A DNA stretch of 64,000 bases from an uncultured Candidatus Saccharibacteria bacterium (GTDB taxonomy: Bacteria > Patescibacteriota > Saccharimonadia > Saccharimonadales > Saccharimonadaceae), in contig CAZVPV010000004.1 of NCBI GenBank assembly GCA_964629195.1, positions 4,853 through 68,852 of the forward strand, in the 5' to 3' direction. Both the position numbers and the translations under genes were made by a program. This document shows positions 17,301 through 26,342 of the stretch, one piece after another; the stretch's first letter is position 1; the number at the start of each line of letters is the position of its first letter. The notes beneath the pieces are model-generated. The model was given only the letters and a program-made list of their open reading frames with translations. It was not told the origin of the DNA and did no database searches.

Positions 17301-20180
17301 CGGCTTAACTTGCGTGAGGGAGTGGACCGCGTGCGCAGCTCTGATACTATCGCAAGGCAGATGATTGAAGATAGCGGACTTGCTGACGCTATTGGCAAGA
17401 TGAAAACTGCTGACGCAGATGAATTCCAGCAATACCTGATTGCTAAGCGGAGTCAAGAGCTGAAGCGAACTAAGGGAGCGGATTTCAGGACAGGAAGAAA
17501 CGACGCGGCTGACCAAGCGTTGATTAAGTCAGTGGGTAATAAATATGCTGAGCAAGAAAAGGTAGTGCGCGAGTTTAATACAAAAATGCTGGATTACGCG
17601 GTTGATACTGGCTTGATTAGCAAGAACTTGCGGAATCAATTAGTTAAGGATAATACTGACTACGTGCCGATGAACCGTGTACTAGATAGCGTTGCGGATA
17701 TGGGCATGCATAAATCTAAGCAGCTCGGCAACCTTGGCAAGCAGACGGCAGTGCAGAAGATTGAGGGTTCCGACCGGATTGTCCAGAACCCACTGGAGTC
17801 CATGATTAGAAACGCTATTCGGACGGTCAACGAAGGCGAACGAAATAAAGTCGCGAAGCAGCTCTCCGAGACAGCGGCCTTCCGTGAGGCTCGACTACCA
17901 GAAGGGGCAAAACCGAAGCCAGGCAACGACAAGCTCTCGTTTATCGTCAACGGGGAGAAAGTAAGCTATGAAGTCCCAGCACTAGTAGCTAAGGAAATGA
18001 AGAATCTCAACGGAGCTATGCCGGATTTCGCGCAGAATATTATCAAAGTGCTTGGCGCACCAACAAAAGTGCTACGTACTGGAGCAACGAGTGCAAACCC
18101 GATGTTTGCCGTCTCAAACTTAGTGCGAGACCAGCTACAAACAACTATTACAGGCAACTTGAAAACAAACATCGCCGGCACGCCTAAGGCACTGATGGCA
18201 ACTTTCGGAATTGGCAAGAAAGGTAAAGCGATGCAGGCTGAACTGGCGCGCCAAGGGATCATCGGCAGCGAATATCGTCAAACCTACGGTTATAAGTCTG
18301 GAGAGTTGGTGAAAGAATTACAGCAAGCACATCAGCTACCGAAACAGGCTTGGCAAAAGCTTAAACACCCGATTGATACTTTAGCGGATGTGATTGGCAA
18401 GACGGAATACTTCACCCGAGCACAGCAATATTATGGGACTAAGGGGTCAACAGCGGAGAAGGCACAGGCCGCAAGGAACAATACCTTGAATTTTGGACGG
18501 GCTGGTTCAACGGTACGCGTCTTAAACAAGGTTATTCCCTTCCTGAACGCTGGGGTGCAGGGTGGGCGAATTACGGTCAAACAGTTTAAAGAACGACCAG
18601 TGAGAACCACGATGGCGGTGGCGACGTTCGCGGGTCTTGCAGCGGCGGTGCGCGGGATGAACAGTGCACAGAACCAAGAACTATGGGATCGGATTGGAGA
18701 CGAAGAGAAACAGAGTAATCTCATCATTTTCGGACCGGACGCTCATTATGATCCAGAAACGAATCGAGTAGTCGGAGTGACCAAAGTGCCTTTGCCACAG
18801 ATGATTTATCCCATTACTGATGCGGTCAATAACCTCAAAGGCAAGCCTGAAGATTTGATGATGTTGGGCGGGGATATATTCACCGCGGTCACCGGTATTG
18901 ATGCGAATAACCCCGTGAACCAACTTCTACCAACGGCTGTAAAACCTCTTGTGGAAACCGCGATGAATAAGAATACCTACACTGGTCAAGAAATCGTAAG
19001 CGAGTATGACAGCAATCTAGCTCCAGAAGATAAAGGCAAAAAATATACAACTGGCGTAGCACGAGCCATGGCAAAAGCGACTGGGGTTGATGCGCCAATC
19101 ATCGACAACTTTATTCAGAACTGGGGCGGTGGATTGTTCAAAGATCTGACTAAGGCACTGGCTGATAACCCAGACAACAAATCTGACGGAGGTGGAGTGG
19201 GGGCGGTGTTTAGCCAAGGAGCTTTCCGGCGTTTTATGTCTGCCAGTGTGGAAAGTCAATACGACATTCAGGCGACCCTCGCAGAAGATTACAAGAATCA
19301 GCTCAAAGCTGACCCAGCCTTCCAGGCGCTTGACGCTAACGAACAGAAGAAGGCACTCGATCGGATTGATGCTGATACTAAGGCGATTGCCGGGTTCGCT
19401 GCTAAAACTGAGCAGGGTAGAGAAAACGAGATCACGGCTGATTTGTCGAAACGCCAGAAGGCGCTAATGCAAAATGGTTTTGATGTTAGTAATTACAATC
19501 GCCCTAGTGAGAGTAATAGTGGTCATAGTGTAGAAATTAACAGTTCAATTCAAGATGAGTATAAAAAGATCCTAGACAATTACAATTCCATGGACAAAGA
19601 AGATTGGGAGAAATATCTCTATACTGATGAAGGACGAAATGCAGAATATAAACTGGCCGCCGCTAAGTTTGAGAACGACAAGGCTAATGGCGACTTAACA
19701 GAGGTACAAGAACTTAAACGTAAAAAGGAGCTTCGAAAGCTCAAAGTAAGCCAAATGTGGAACAAAGATGTGCGTGACGCCTATTCTTTGGCTGGGTCAA
19801 AAACTGACATGCAGGCACTGCTCAACGAATTAGATAGCCGTGAAGATATGGTCAGCTATCTCAACGCAATGAATCGAGCAATGTATGACGCGGGAGTAAT
19901 CACGGCATCAACCTATAAAACTCGGAATCGCAATATCAACAATTTGGAGAGTGGCAGCAAAAAGGGCAGTAAAAGTAAGTCTGCCTACTCAAACGCATCT
20001 AAGGCGGCTCTGGCAGCCTATACAAAGGCTCTAGCAGGCGGCAATAGCATCAAGGTAAACTCGAAAGCTGGGATGCCTTCTACTAGCCGCAGAATGAATG
20101 CGGTTGCCCTAGCTACAGGTATTAAGAAGTCTAAACTCGGTGCACAGGCGAAGATAAGCGTAAAGAAAGGTATTAACTAA
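14397..20180 (+). CDS. giant virion-associated protein (1927 aa), probable internal/ejection or polyvalent protein
   Basis: Uninterrupted 5.8-kb ORF with an AAGGAG RBS. It has a disordered S/N/P/T/Q-rich N-terminus and Gly/Ala-rich amphipathic segments. It lies between the head and tail modules, and no tail tube or tape-measure chaperone genes are present. Confidence 0.7.
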   Translation: MATLINWSDDLRRKRLQPQGLAGTLNSGSAGVPRNTNLARNSARNTTVTPAQLVPLSAQRSLSTMTNPQNTIRNFRTNPMGQATFKTSTANTVSSPAPSSLPASAQQTPAPQLNLQNKNNTPKLNTLSGADNTTFTTMKKATYDPARNASLRPSLNPALNPSLSPALRTSLKQPNTMNNASTSQQADDNTQAQAAVNQAKERYNSLLDNNNDYWNKYQSALATTKDQYKDIFGDSLQKRSASQMSNGLKKMLTEDGSLPSTGEDFINKYRSLSNDDKWEVWQNLQKSKNTLTQAITKADNEGQEDLKNAFGTLLAEVSVYNDILANEDRGNKSFGKSFGDWMTSGGVVSNMAEPAINAVGTVSEALGNKGGVATARAVSQNNAVQNHGNSPVFDAVNFGANTVGNIAANTLTGGAYGLANAGLGVADSVASAITDRNRNYYADLDGNMARENQTTKSKLAGIGNSALSAGLTVAGMKGIGPNISFKDGQSLQSLLSDRNFSGVGKALGKYAAKELPWAIGTTAASQGISALGGDKNFTEGFGTELANNIVGDLAVDVAGAVRQGRNGNRDLFKPGGESDPSALQTLAKLGYKANDELNRRGGIGLTTKLVDGANQKPNLNQKAKSSLNTLREVMAGRNTLRPTYAGMSGDTTGKATNAGLSRNFTIIKGGAPDGSNLVKTDYNLSGNTSANKIGQAIRDVIGKRFQGKTYKVGNTATEASITAKTRNEMGYQQKNMSDSDFVKKGSMAGNLNELIENMQGIRKVKNHKTSKKPNVDHYISGRVAVDLGDGKVYYPRVDIEVSKKGNAIGYNIADIKEFPRSRPRGPLLSATKSLVDDTGTHSRALSIAQDTDNVNIRNDLKSYYLRYGSDFYDKMPENLQSRYDSLLDAQPRDRSGRYTDPITGEKWIDESVNSGIDTQKYVQEQVAAQKAENKTPIKQKAQDTIDNLKHYLVDDAVAYERYVKDKGERLNLREGVDRVRSSDTIARQMIEDSGLADAIGKMKTADADEFQQYLIAKRSQELKRTKGADFRTGRNDAADQALIKSVGNKYAEQEKVVREFNTKMLDYAVDTGLISKNLRNQLVKDNTDYVPMNRVLDSVADMGMHKSKQLGNLGKQTAVQKIEGSDRIVQNPLESMIRNAIRTVNEGERNKVAKQLSETAAFREARLPEGAKPKPGNDKLSFIVNGEKVSYEVPALVAKEMKNLNGAMPDFAQNIIKVLGAPTKVLRTGATSANPMFAVSNLVRDQLQTTITGNLKTNIAGTPKALMATFGIGKKGKAMQAELARQGIIGSEYRQTYGYKSGELVKELQQAHQLPKQAWQKLKHPIDTLADVIGKTEYFTRAQQYYGTKGSTAEKAQAARNNTLNFGRAGSTVRVLNKVIPFLNAGVQGGRITVKQFKERPVRTTMAVATFAGLAAAVRGMNSAQNQELWDRIGDEEKQSNLIIFGPDAHYDPETNRVVGVTKVPLPQMIYPITDAVNNLKGKPEDLMMLGGDIFTAVTGIDANNPVNQLLPTAVKPLVETAMNKNTYTGQEIVSEYDSNLAPEDKGKKYTTGVARAMAKATGVDAPIIDNFIQNWGGGLFKDLTKALADNPDNKSDGGGVGAVFSQGAFRRFMSASVESQYDIQATLAEDYKNQLKADPAFQALDANEQKKALDRIDADTKAIAGFAAKTEQGRENEITADLSKRQKALMQNGFDVSNYNRPSESNSGHSVEINSSIQDEYKKILDNYNSMDKEDWEKYLYTDEGRNAEYKLAAAKFENDKANGDLTEVQELKRKKELRKLKVSQMWNKDVRDAYSLAGSKTDMQALLNELDSREDMVSYLNAMNRAMYDAGVITASTYKTRNRNINNLESGSKKGSKSKSAYSNASKAALAAYTKALAGGNSIKVNSKAGMPSTSRRMNAVALATGIKKSKLGAQAKISVKKGIN

Positions 20181-20188
20181 GGAGGACT

Positions 20189-20557
20189 ATGGCGAAAAAC
20201 ATCAAAATAATTCGCGGCAATACACAGACAATAAGCTTGACCGTGCTAGACGCAAACTCTGTGCCAGCCATAACAAGTTCAGACACGATCTTTTTCACAG
20301 CGAAGCCCCAATATGATAATGACGAAACCGATGCAAATGCAGCGATTAGCAAGACTTTGGATGCTAGCAGCGTGCTAAACACAGAGACTGGAGTAGTTAG
20401 TTTCAAATTGACTGCAAGCGAGGCGAATGTTGAGCCAGGTAAATACGTTTATGACATCGTATTGAGACAGTCCGATATGGATCGAGTGACCTTGCTCGAA
20501 GGAAAACTAACGGTCACTCCGGCGGCGACTTTGAGAGGGTTTGACGACTATGAATGA
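20189..20557 (+). CDS. Ig-like (BppU-N-like) virion protein (122 aa)
   Basis: The pattern IRGNTQTISLTV...GKYVYDIVL...GKLTV is common in phage Ig-like tail or decoration domains. Confidence 0.55.
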   Translation: MAKNIKIIRGNTQTISLTVLDANSVPAITSSDTIFFTAKPQYDNDETDANAAISKTLDASSVLNTETGVVSFKLTASEANVEPGKYVYDIVLRQSDMDRVTLLEGKLTVTPAATLRGFDDYE

Positions 20558-20885
20558 AGAAATTGACTTAGGCACCCTAAACATTACGGCAAACATTAGT
20601 GACGGAATCGATGTCACTAATACAAATGTAGCTGGCCCAGAGGGAGCAAAAGGTCCGAAAGGTGACAAAGGAGACACGGGCGATACTGGAGCACCGTTTA
20701 CTTACGATATGTTCACCGAGGAACAATTAGCAGACCTAAGGGGGCCGAAGGGAGATAAGGGTGATCAAGGTGTCCAGGGCCCGCGAGGCGAACAAGAGCC
20801 AAAGGGTGAAAAGGGCGACATAGGCAAGACTTATGGCACGAGTTGGGGGCATTATCACGAAATTAAGAAAGGAGCCACAGAATGA
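20550..20885 (+). CDS. collagen-like repeat tail protein (111 aa)
   Basis: Two blocks of Gly-X-Y repeats (GPEGAKGPKGDKGDTGDTGAP; GPKGDKGDQGVQGPRGEQ). ATG 20550 overlaps the upstream stop. Confidence 0.7.
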   Translation: MNEEIDLGTLNITANISDGIDVTNTNVAGPEGAKGPKGDKGDTGDTGAPFTYDMFTEEQLADLRGPKGDKGDQGVQGPRGEQEPKGEKGDIGKTYGTSWGHYHEIKKGATE

Positions 20886-21550
20886 CATTGCAGGAGCTAA
20901 TTGATGCAGTAATCCTCAAGGCGACTGGTAAGGCGACGACGCTCGCTCCGTCCAACGCTAAATGGCAAAAAATCCGAGGGCTAGCGAATTACTACCAGAA
21001 CGCATGGTTGAATGAGCCAGGACAATCATGGGATTCATGCTATGAGCGAGGAAGACAGATTGGGACTATTTCGAATAACGACGAGTATCCACTTGACGAT
21101 GATATTATAGAGATTTCTACCTCGAAGGGAGATAATGTCTATGTTTTAGCGAAAGATGACAATAAAGTCGAATTCCAGCTAGTAAACTATGACGATCTGA
21201 AAAACTATCCGATAGGCAACTACTGTGCAAAGATCGGTCAGAATTTGGTGTTTAATAGACGCTTCTCTGAGGACGACCCATGCTTTGGCGGAAAGTTATT
21301 CGTCCCAGTCTATGCTTCAGTTGAGGATCTAGAAAACTCGAATGATGATGTTTCAGTGGACGACCCATGGTGGCTAGTGACGATTGTGGCGGCTGAATAT
21401 ATCCGCAATGATATTGTCAAACAAAATCAATACGGCAACCTGATGGCGGAAGCTAATAACCTGATGACTGGGATGATTCAAAGAAACCGTGGAGGTCAGG
21501 TCCGAAAGGTCCGCGGAACATGGCGTAATTCGGGGGGGAGGAGCTGGTAA
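20882..21550 (+). CDS. tail/adaptor-module protein (222 aa)
   Basis: ATGA overlap, AAAGGAG RBS, and position in the tail module. Confidence 0.55.
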   Translation: MTLQELIDAVILKATGKATTLAPSNAKWQKIRGLANYYQNAWLNEPGQSWDSCYERGRQIGTISNNDEYPLDDDIIEISTSKGDNVYVLAKDDNKVEFQLVNYDDLKNYPIGNYCAKIGQNLVFNRRFSEDDPCFGGKLFVPVYASVEDLENSNDDVSVDDPWWLVTIVAAEYIRNDIVKQNQYGNLMAEANNLMTGMIQRNRGGQVRKVRGTWRNSGGRSW

Positions 21551-23577
21551 TGATTGATCCGCCTAAAGCCACAAAACCACCAGAGATCAAGCGTAAAGCC
21601 GTCATGGACTGGGCAAACGGTACAGTTACGGATTATGATGCCAGACGTCTCGTTGATAATTCCCTACTTCGAACGGCAAATGTAGTACTCGAGCAAAACG
21701 GCGTAGTGCGACCACGCCCTTCCCTAGTGCCGTACGGCCCACAACCGATTGGACCGATACTTGGCGAGTTATTTGAATGTAAGGTGATGGAAAATAATTA
21801 TCCAGTATTCTATTTGCTAGCAATGATGGTAGTTGATGGAAAAGCGAACGTTTATTACACAAAGGGTGAGGATGCGACTTGGCAAAAAATCGATGGAAAA
21901 GATTATGATATTACAGCTACAGCACATTTCTTGCTAATACGAGGAAATGTCCTAGTTCTGAACGGGGTCGATACTTTGAGCTATATCGATACCGCAAAAT
22001 GGAAAATTACGGAATTTAAGAAACTAACAAAACCAAGTTCTGCACCAACCCTCAAAGAGGCGCATGAGCTCCAAGGTGAAGCTTTCAAAGTGTATTATGC
22101 CATCACGGCAAACTCGACGGTAGGCGAGACTGAAGGCTCGGAAGTCTTAGCCCAATCAGTTTCTACCCAGCGTGATATGTGGGATCCTGATAAAAACTGG
22201 GTGACGATTGAATGGCCAGCAGTAAAAGATGCTGTCGGATATAACGTTTATATGGGTACCGCGGCTGACGGAGCTGGTCAGCCGGAGCTTTATCTTATTG
22301 CTGGTAATATTGACCCTGGAACACGCATCTTCACAGACAATGGGTCTAGAGCGCAAGATCTAGGGCGCGGTCCAATGCCGACTTATAACTCAACCGCAGG
22401 GCCAAAGGCCAAGCGAGGAGCCGTCATCAATGGGCGCGTCTGGCTGGTGGGAGATATTGATAATCCGTTCCACCTCTGGAGGGGTGGAGACTATGACCAT
22501 GAACTCGACTTCTCACCTAGCAACGGTGGTGGGTACTCTGCCATTGCTAGTGGAACGAAGGAAGTACCTATCGCTGTAATGCCGTTTCGTAAAGGGCAAG
22601 GAGACAATACAGTAGTTGTTTTGACGCAGGGCAGTAATGGTAGCGGCAAACGCTATCATCTGTCACCTAATACGATTTCTTATGGTGGGGGATCGTTCGT
22701 TGCTTGGAGCGTATCAGAGGATAGTGGCTCTGACGGTACAGATAGTCCAGACGGAGTAGTAATCTATAATAACTCCCTCTACTATCCATCGCGAGATGGC
22801 TTCAAGACAACTGGAACACAACCACAACTACAAAACGTGCTTTCAACCACACGTATTAGCAATACAATCAAAAACGAGGTCTCGCTTCTTAATACGAATT
22901 CAATGGATCGAGCCGTGGGTTTAGCATACGAGGGTACTATCTACTGGGCTTTACCGTTTGGCTCTGCTAAAAATAACCGGATTTGGGCGTTTGATCTTGA
23001 GCATAAAGGCGCTTGGGTCTTGTCTTGGTATGTTAATGCCGATTGGATGACACTCTACAACGATAATAGTGGAAGAACTCATTTTTTGGTCCTTTCTGAA
23101 GGTAGAATCTGCGAGCTGACACGCATGTTTAACACGAAGGATGAGGATGCTCCTTTTGAAACAGAAATTAAAAGTGGCAAAATCGAGTGGAGTAAAGATG
23201 GGCGCGATTGGGCAAGGTTAATCCAAGTCGTATTCACACTGCTGAAGCCGCGTGGAAATATCGACATCGAAATTTCTGCTTATACGGAGGACGGCGAACT
23301 CAAATGGACACAATCGGTTAATGTGCCGACGCTCAAAACGCCGTTCGGTTGGAGCGAGGCAAACAGGAGCTGGACATCGCTAAAAGGGTGGAGCGACGTC
23401 GATGATCGGTTGCCTGCTACACCTGAGAATATTGATAGTCTCGACGTAATAGTGGAAATTGATGAGGACGTACAATGGTTTGATTATCGTATATCGTCTA
23501 CGACTGCTGGAGTGGATTACGCCTTATCTAGTGTCGTGGCAGAGTACGTGCCGATTGGGATAAAAGATTTAAGCTGA
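21550..23577 (+). CDS. large tail protein (675 aa) with FN3-like segment and beta-rich body (nozzle/tubular-B-like?)
   Basis: VTIEWPAVKDAVGYNVYMG is FN3-like. Size and position sit before the fibre gene. GGGAGGAG RBS. Confidence 0.55.
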   Translation: MIDPPKATKPPEIKRKAVMDWANGTVTDYDARRLVDNSLLRTANVVLEQNGVVRPRPSLVPYGPQPIGPILGELFECKVMENNYPVFYLLAMMVVDGKANVYYTKGEDATWQKIDGKDYDITATAHFLLIRGNVLVLNGVDTLSYIDTAKWKITEFKKLTKPSSAPTLKEAHELQGEAFKVYYAITANSTVGETEGSEVLAQSVSTQRDMWDPDKNWVTIEWPAVKDAVGYNVYMGTAADGAGQPELYLIAGNIDPGTRIFTDNGSRAQDLGRGPMPTYNSTAGPKAKRGAVINGRVWLVGDIDNPFHLWRGGDYDHELDFSPSNGGGYSAIASGTKEVPIAVMPFRKGQGDNTVVVLTQGSNGSGKRYHLSPNTISYGGGSFVAWSVSEDSGSDGTDSPDGVVIYNNSLYYPSRDGFKTTGTQPQLQNVLSTTRISNTIKNEVSLLNTNSMDRAVGLAYEGTIYWALPFGSAKNNRIWAFDLEHKGAWVLSWYVNADWMTLYNDNSGRTHFLVLSEGRICELTRMFNTKDEDAPFETEIKSGKIEWSKDGRDWARLIQVVFTLLKPRGNIDIEISAYTEDGELKWTQSVNVPTLKTPFGWSEANRSWTSLKGWSDVDDRLPATPENIDSLDVIVEIDEDVQWFDYRISSTTAGVDYALSSVVAEYVPIGIKDLS

Positions 23578-23594
23578 CATAGAAAGGAGACAAA

Positions 23595-24413
23595 ATGGCA
23601 GCAATCACGGACAAATTTAATAAGGCGGCAAATGGAACTGGCGTATATCCATCCATTGCTGCCGTGACGACGGCCCGCGAAGGAGGCGGGAGCGTATTAA
23701 CCTGCGACGATTTGGCTGGGTGGTCTACGGACACGGCAGTACATTTTTCAACATACCGGCTAATGTCTGATGGATCGGTTGACACAAGCACGCAGTCGGA
23801 TTGGAAGGGTGTCGTTAGCGGTAATACCATTACTCAGATGACCTGGCTAGCCGGGAGCAATGATAGTGGTCACTTGATTGGTGACAAAGTGGAATTAAAT
23901 CCGACTGTTGGTTGGCTGGACGATTTGGTGACTGGCATTCTCAAGTCTCATGCCCAAGATGGGTCTTTAAGAGACAACATTATTCAAAATAAGAACATTA
24001 CAAGCAAGGCTGTAAAGTCAGGGAATATCGACTGGTCAACCTTTGGCTCTAAGTACACTAAAAATACAACTTCGACTGGAACAGTCGCCAATGGGAGCTA
24101 TAAGACCGCGGCTAGCCTGACACTAGATCAGCCGGGGACCTATATATTGTTTGCAAATTCGCGAGCAGAGTTTCTAGGTGGTACTTATCAGAATTTCTAC
24201 ATGCGGATTACGGATGGGAGCGGGAACGTTTTGTCGCCTCAGACTGGATTCTACGGTGGCCAGCAGGGTGGAGTCTTAGGCCAATTCACAATTAGCACCA
24301 TAGGAGAAGTGACGATAACTAGTCCCACAACCATCAATTCACAGGTGACGGCTACGGGTAGTAGCGGCGGCTTTGCCAACCACAACTCACTCGCTGCGAT
24401 TCGGGTCGCTTAA
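23595..24413 (+). CDS. tail fibre / receptor-binding candidate (272 aa)
   Basis: Last structural gene before the lysis cassette. G/S/T-rich beta sequence. Confidence 0.45.
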   Translation: MAAITDKFNKAANGTGVYPSIAAVTTAREGGGSVLTCDDLAGWSTDTAVHFSTYRLMSDGSVDTSTQSDWKGVVSGNTITQMTWLAGSNDSGHLIGDKVELNPTVGWLDDLVTGILKSHAQDGSLRDNIIQNKNITSKAVKSGNIDWSTFGSKYTKNTTSTGTVANGSYKTAASLTLDQPGTYILFANSRAEFLGGTYQNFYMRITDGSGNVLSPQTGFYGGQQGGVLGQFTISTIGEVTITSPTTINSQVTATGSSGGFANHNSLAAIRVA

Positions 24414-24433
24414 TTATAAAAGAAAGGAGAACT

Positions 24434-24532
24434 ATGGATAACAAAATGGAAGAAATCACACCAGAGGAACTATTGAACCAATATCAAAATGAAACTCAGC
24501 CTGGGACGCAGGATGAGGAAGTAAAGGAGTAA
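24434..24532 (+). CDS. 32-aa acidic peptide (below ORF-track cutoff)
   Basis: AAAGGAGAACT RBS then ATG. Its stop lies 2 nt before the endolysin start. Confidence 0.3.
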   Translation: MDNKMEEITPEELLNQYQNETQPGTQDEEVKE

Positions 24533-24534
24533 CT

Positions 24535-25185
24535 ATGGCTTGGAAACAGATAAAGAATTTCGACATCAACAAAATGGGTAAGACGGTGGGCTACTGTCAG
24601 CAAAATGTGCGCCTCGGATTCGGAATCGGCGCGAAATATGCCAGTGCTAAGCTTGACATGGAAGCGCAGCGACGTGGTGGGACTTTGCATGACATTGCTT
24701 CCCTGCCAACCAACGTGGTGGTGCCAATCTTCGTCGATACGACCAGCCCGTATGAACACGTGATTGTGAGCGACCATGGGGTACTCTACTCGGACGGCAA
24801 GCGACTGACCAGCCTCAAAGGTCTCAAATGCTTTGGCTGGGCGGAACTGCTCAACGGGGTGCGGGTGGTCGAATGGGTGAATGAGCCGCGGAAGTCGAAT
24901 GAGCAGATCGCCGAGGAGGTGATGCGCGGGCTTTGGAAAGACCAGCCGGAGCGGCAGAAATTGCTGGAGAAGGCGGGTTATAACTACGAGGAAATCCGTA
25001 AGATCGTGAACGCGAAAGCCAATGCAGGCGGGGCAACCTATCAGAAGTACACGGTACAGCGCGGGGATACGCTCTCGGGTATTGCGCAGAAGTTTGGTAC
25101 GACTTATCAGAAGATTGCACAGGATAACGGGATTAGTAATCCGAACCGGATTTTCCCGGGGCAGGTGCTGAGGATTAATAAATAA
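24535..25185 (+). CDS. endolysin: CHAP-like N-terminal domain + CW_7-like repeat + C-terminal LysM
   Basis: Cys (GYCQQN) and His (EHVIV) fit a CHAP/NlpC-type fold. [35 protein letters not shown] resembles a CW_7 repeat. [41 protein letters not shown] is a LysM domain. Confidence 0.8.
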   Translation: MAWKQIKNFDINKMGKTVGYCQQNVRLGFGIGAKYASAKLDMEAQRRGGTLHDIASLPTNVVVPIFVDTTSPYEHVIVSDHGVLYSDGKRLTSLKGLKCFGWAELLNGVRVVEWVNEPRKSNEQIAEEVMRGLWKDQPERQKLLEKAGYNYEEIRKIVNAKANAGGATYQKYTVQRGDTLSGIAQKFGTTYQKIAQDNGISNPNRIFPGQVLRINK

Positions 25186-25197
25186 GGAGGACTGACG

Positions 25198-25443
25198 ATG
25201 GATTTAAGTATTCTAGGAATTGAGCCGATGACAGCGCTGCTGCTGGTGGGCTTCGTGATGGGGTTTGTAGAACTCGCCAAGGCAATCTATGATCAAGAGT
25301 GGCGTAAGGCGATCGTGATCGGCGTGGCTGGAGTGGCTGGCGGGGTGGTTGCGCCGTTTATCGGGCTGGGGATTATCACAGGAATCGTGGGTGGTCTCGC
25401 GGCGTCGGGAGCGATTACGTTGGCACAGAATATTGGGGGATAA
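25198..25443 (+). CDS. holin (81 aa, 2-3 TM helices)
   Basis: TAAGGAGG RBS, position next to the endolysin, and Gly-rich TM helices. Confidence 0.65.
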   Translation: MDLSILGIEPMTALLLVGFVMGFVELAKAIYDQEWRKAIVIGVAGVAGGVVAPFIGLGIITGIVGGLAASGAITLAQNIGG

Positions 25444-25450
25444 CAGGACG

Positions 25451-25807
25451 ATGGATGGTATAACTATTGGGCAGATTTTTGAGTGGGCGGTTTGGCTAGT
25501 AGGTGGGGTGGGCGCCATCGCCGCGCTCGGCAAAATGGCGAAGAATGGACTGCACCGAGCGCTCAAGAGTGAACTTCAGCCGATTAGCGACAAACTGGAG
25601 AAACTCGAGCAGAAGCATGACCTGTCCGATCGAGAACATGCGAAAAACTATATTGTGCGCTTCTTGGCGGACGTAGAGCAAGGGCAACCAATCGACCAAG
25701 ATGAGCTGCATTGTTTCTGGGATAATTATGAGATATACAAGAGTATGGGTGGAAACTCTTATATTCACGATAAGGTGGAGAAGTTGAAGGCGCAAGGAAA
25801 ACTTTAA
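25451..25807 (+). CDS. membrane-anchored lysis-cassette protein (118 aa; holin/antiholin partner?)
   Basis: ATG 25451 lies 8 nt after the holin stop. It has an N-terminal TM helix and a helical C-terminus. Confidence 0.5.
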   Translation: MDGITIGQIFEWAVWLVGGVGAIAALGKMAKNGLHRALKSELQPISDKLEKLEQKHDLSDREHAKNYIVRFLADVEQGQPIDQDELHCFWDNYEIYKSMGGNSYIHDKVEKLKAQGKL

Positions 25808-25895
25808 GTGGCGACGGATCACTTATTTCTGGCTAGATGCACTTAAATAAGTAATTCTACCGTTCTACCTCTGTAGAATAGTGTTCACTTAGCTT

Positions 25896-25917
25896 CTTCT
25901 TTAGTTCACTAAAGAAG
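25896..25917 (+). terminator. hairpin CTTCTTTA-gttcac-TAAAGAAG after lysis operon
   Basis: 8-bp perfect stem followed by a T-rich tail (ACTTTTGACCGTATTTTT). Confidence 0.5.
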
Positions 25918-26068
25918 ACTTTTGACCGTATTTTTGATGTGGGTGGTAGTTTTGGGAGTTTTCCACAAGCGGCGAATATTATAGCACAGGAATAAGGCTT
26001 GAAAAAAACTTTAGCGTAATATATGCTAAGAATAACATGAGAGCTTACGCGAAAAACGATAAAAAGTA

Positions 26069-26097
26069 TTTACAAAATAAGCTTTATGTGATATAAT
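26069..26097 (+). promoter_or_regulatory. near-consensus promoter TTTACA-17-TGTGaTATAAT
   Basis: Read directly. It uses the same TGTGnTATAAT grammar as the host promoters. Confidence 0.55.
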
Positions 26098-26146
26098 GCC
26101 TATGTATATCGCCTTAGGGCTTTTTTGTTTACTATGTAGACTAAAA

Positions 26147-26174
26147 AACCGTGTGGCGATACTACCACACGGTT
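26147..26174. terminator. bidirectional rho-independent terminator (10-bp stem AACCGTGTGG/CCACACGGTT)
   Basis: An A6 run on the left gives a U-tract on the - strand. TTT lies on the right. Confidence 0.7.
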
Positions 26175-26222
26175 TACTTGAATTAACTTAGTTTGAACGC
26201 GTAGTTAATCCAAGATTTGGCG

Positions 26223-26342
26223 TTAAGACTCTTTCTTTTTAGATTGAGTCTTTTCTTTTACCCAAAAATGGAATGGGTGATTTGTGGCACGTAAAACCTT
26301 GCCGTTTCGCAAAGTAATCGTCCACGTATAGACCTCTTCCAT
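26223..26342 (-). CDS. 39-aa ORF MEEVYTWTITLRNGKVLRATNHPFHFWVKEKTQSKKKES (below track cutoff)
   Basis: GGAGG 5 nt upstream of ATG 26342. The terminator at 26147-26174 lies downstream. No similarity recognised. Confidence 0.3.
   Translation of the reverse strand: MEEVYTWTITLRNGKVLRATNHPFHFWVKEKTQSKKKES

Noticed and set aside
26223-26342. Type I toxin-antitoxin reading of the 39-aa ORF plus the convergent RNA
   Set aside because: The convergent 3'-overlap geometry fits. However, the peptide is hydrophilic and basic with no TM helix, unlike known type I toxins. I kept it only as a low-confidence possibility within the findings.
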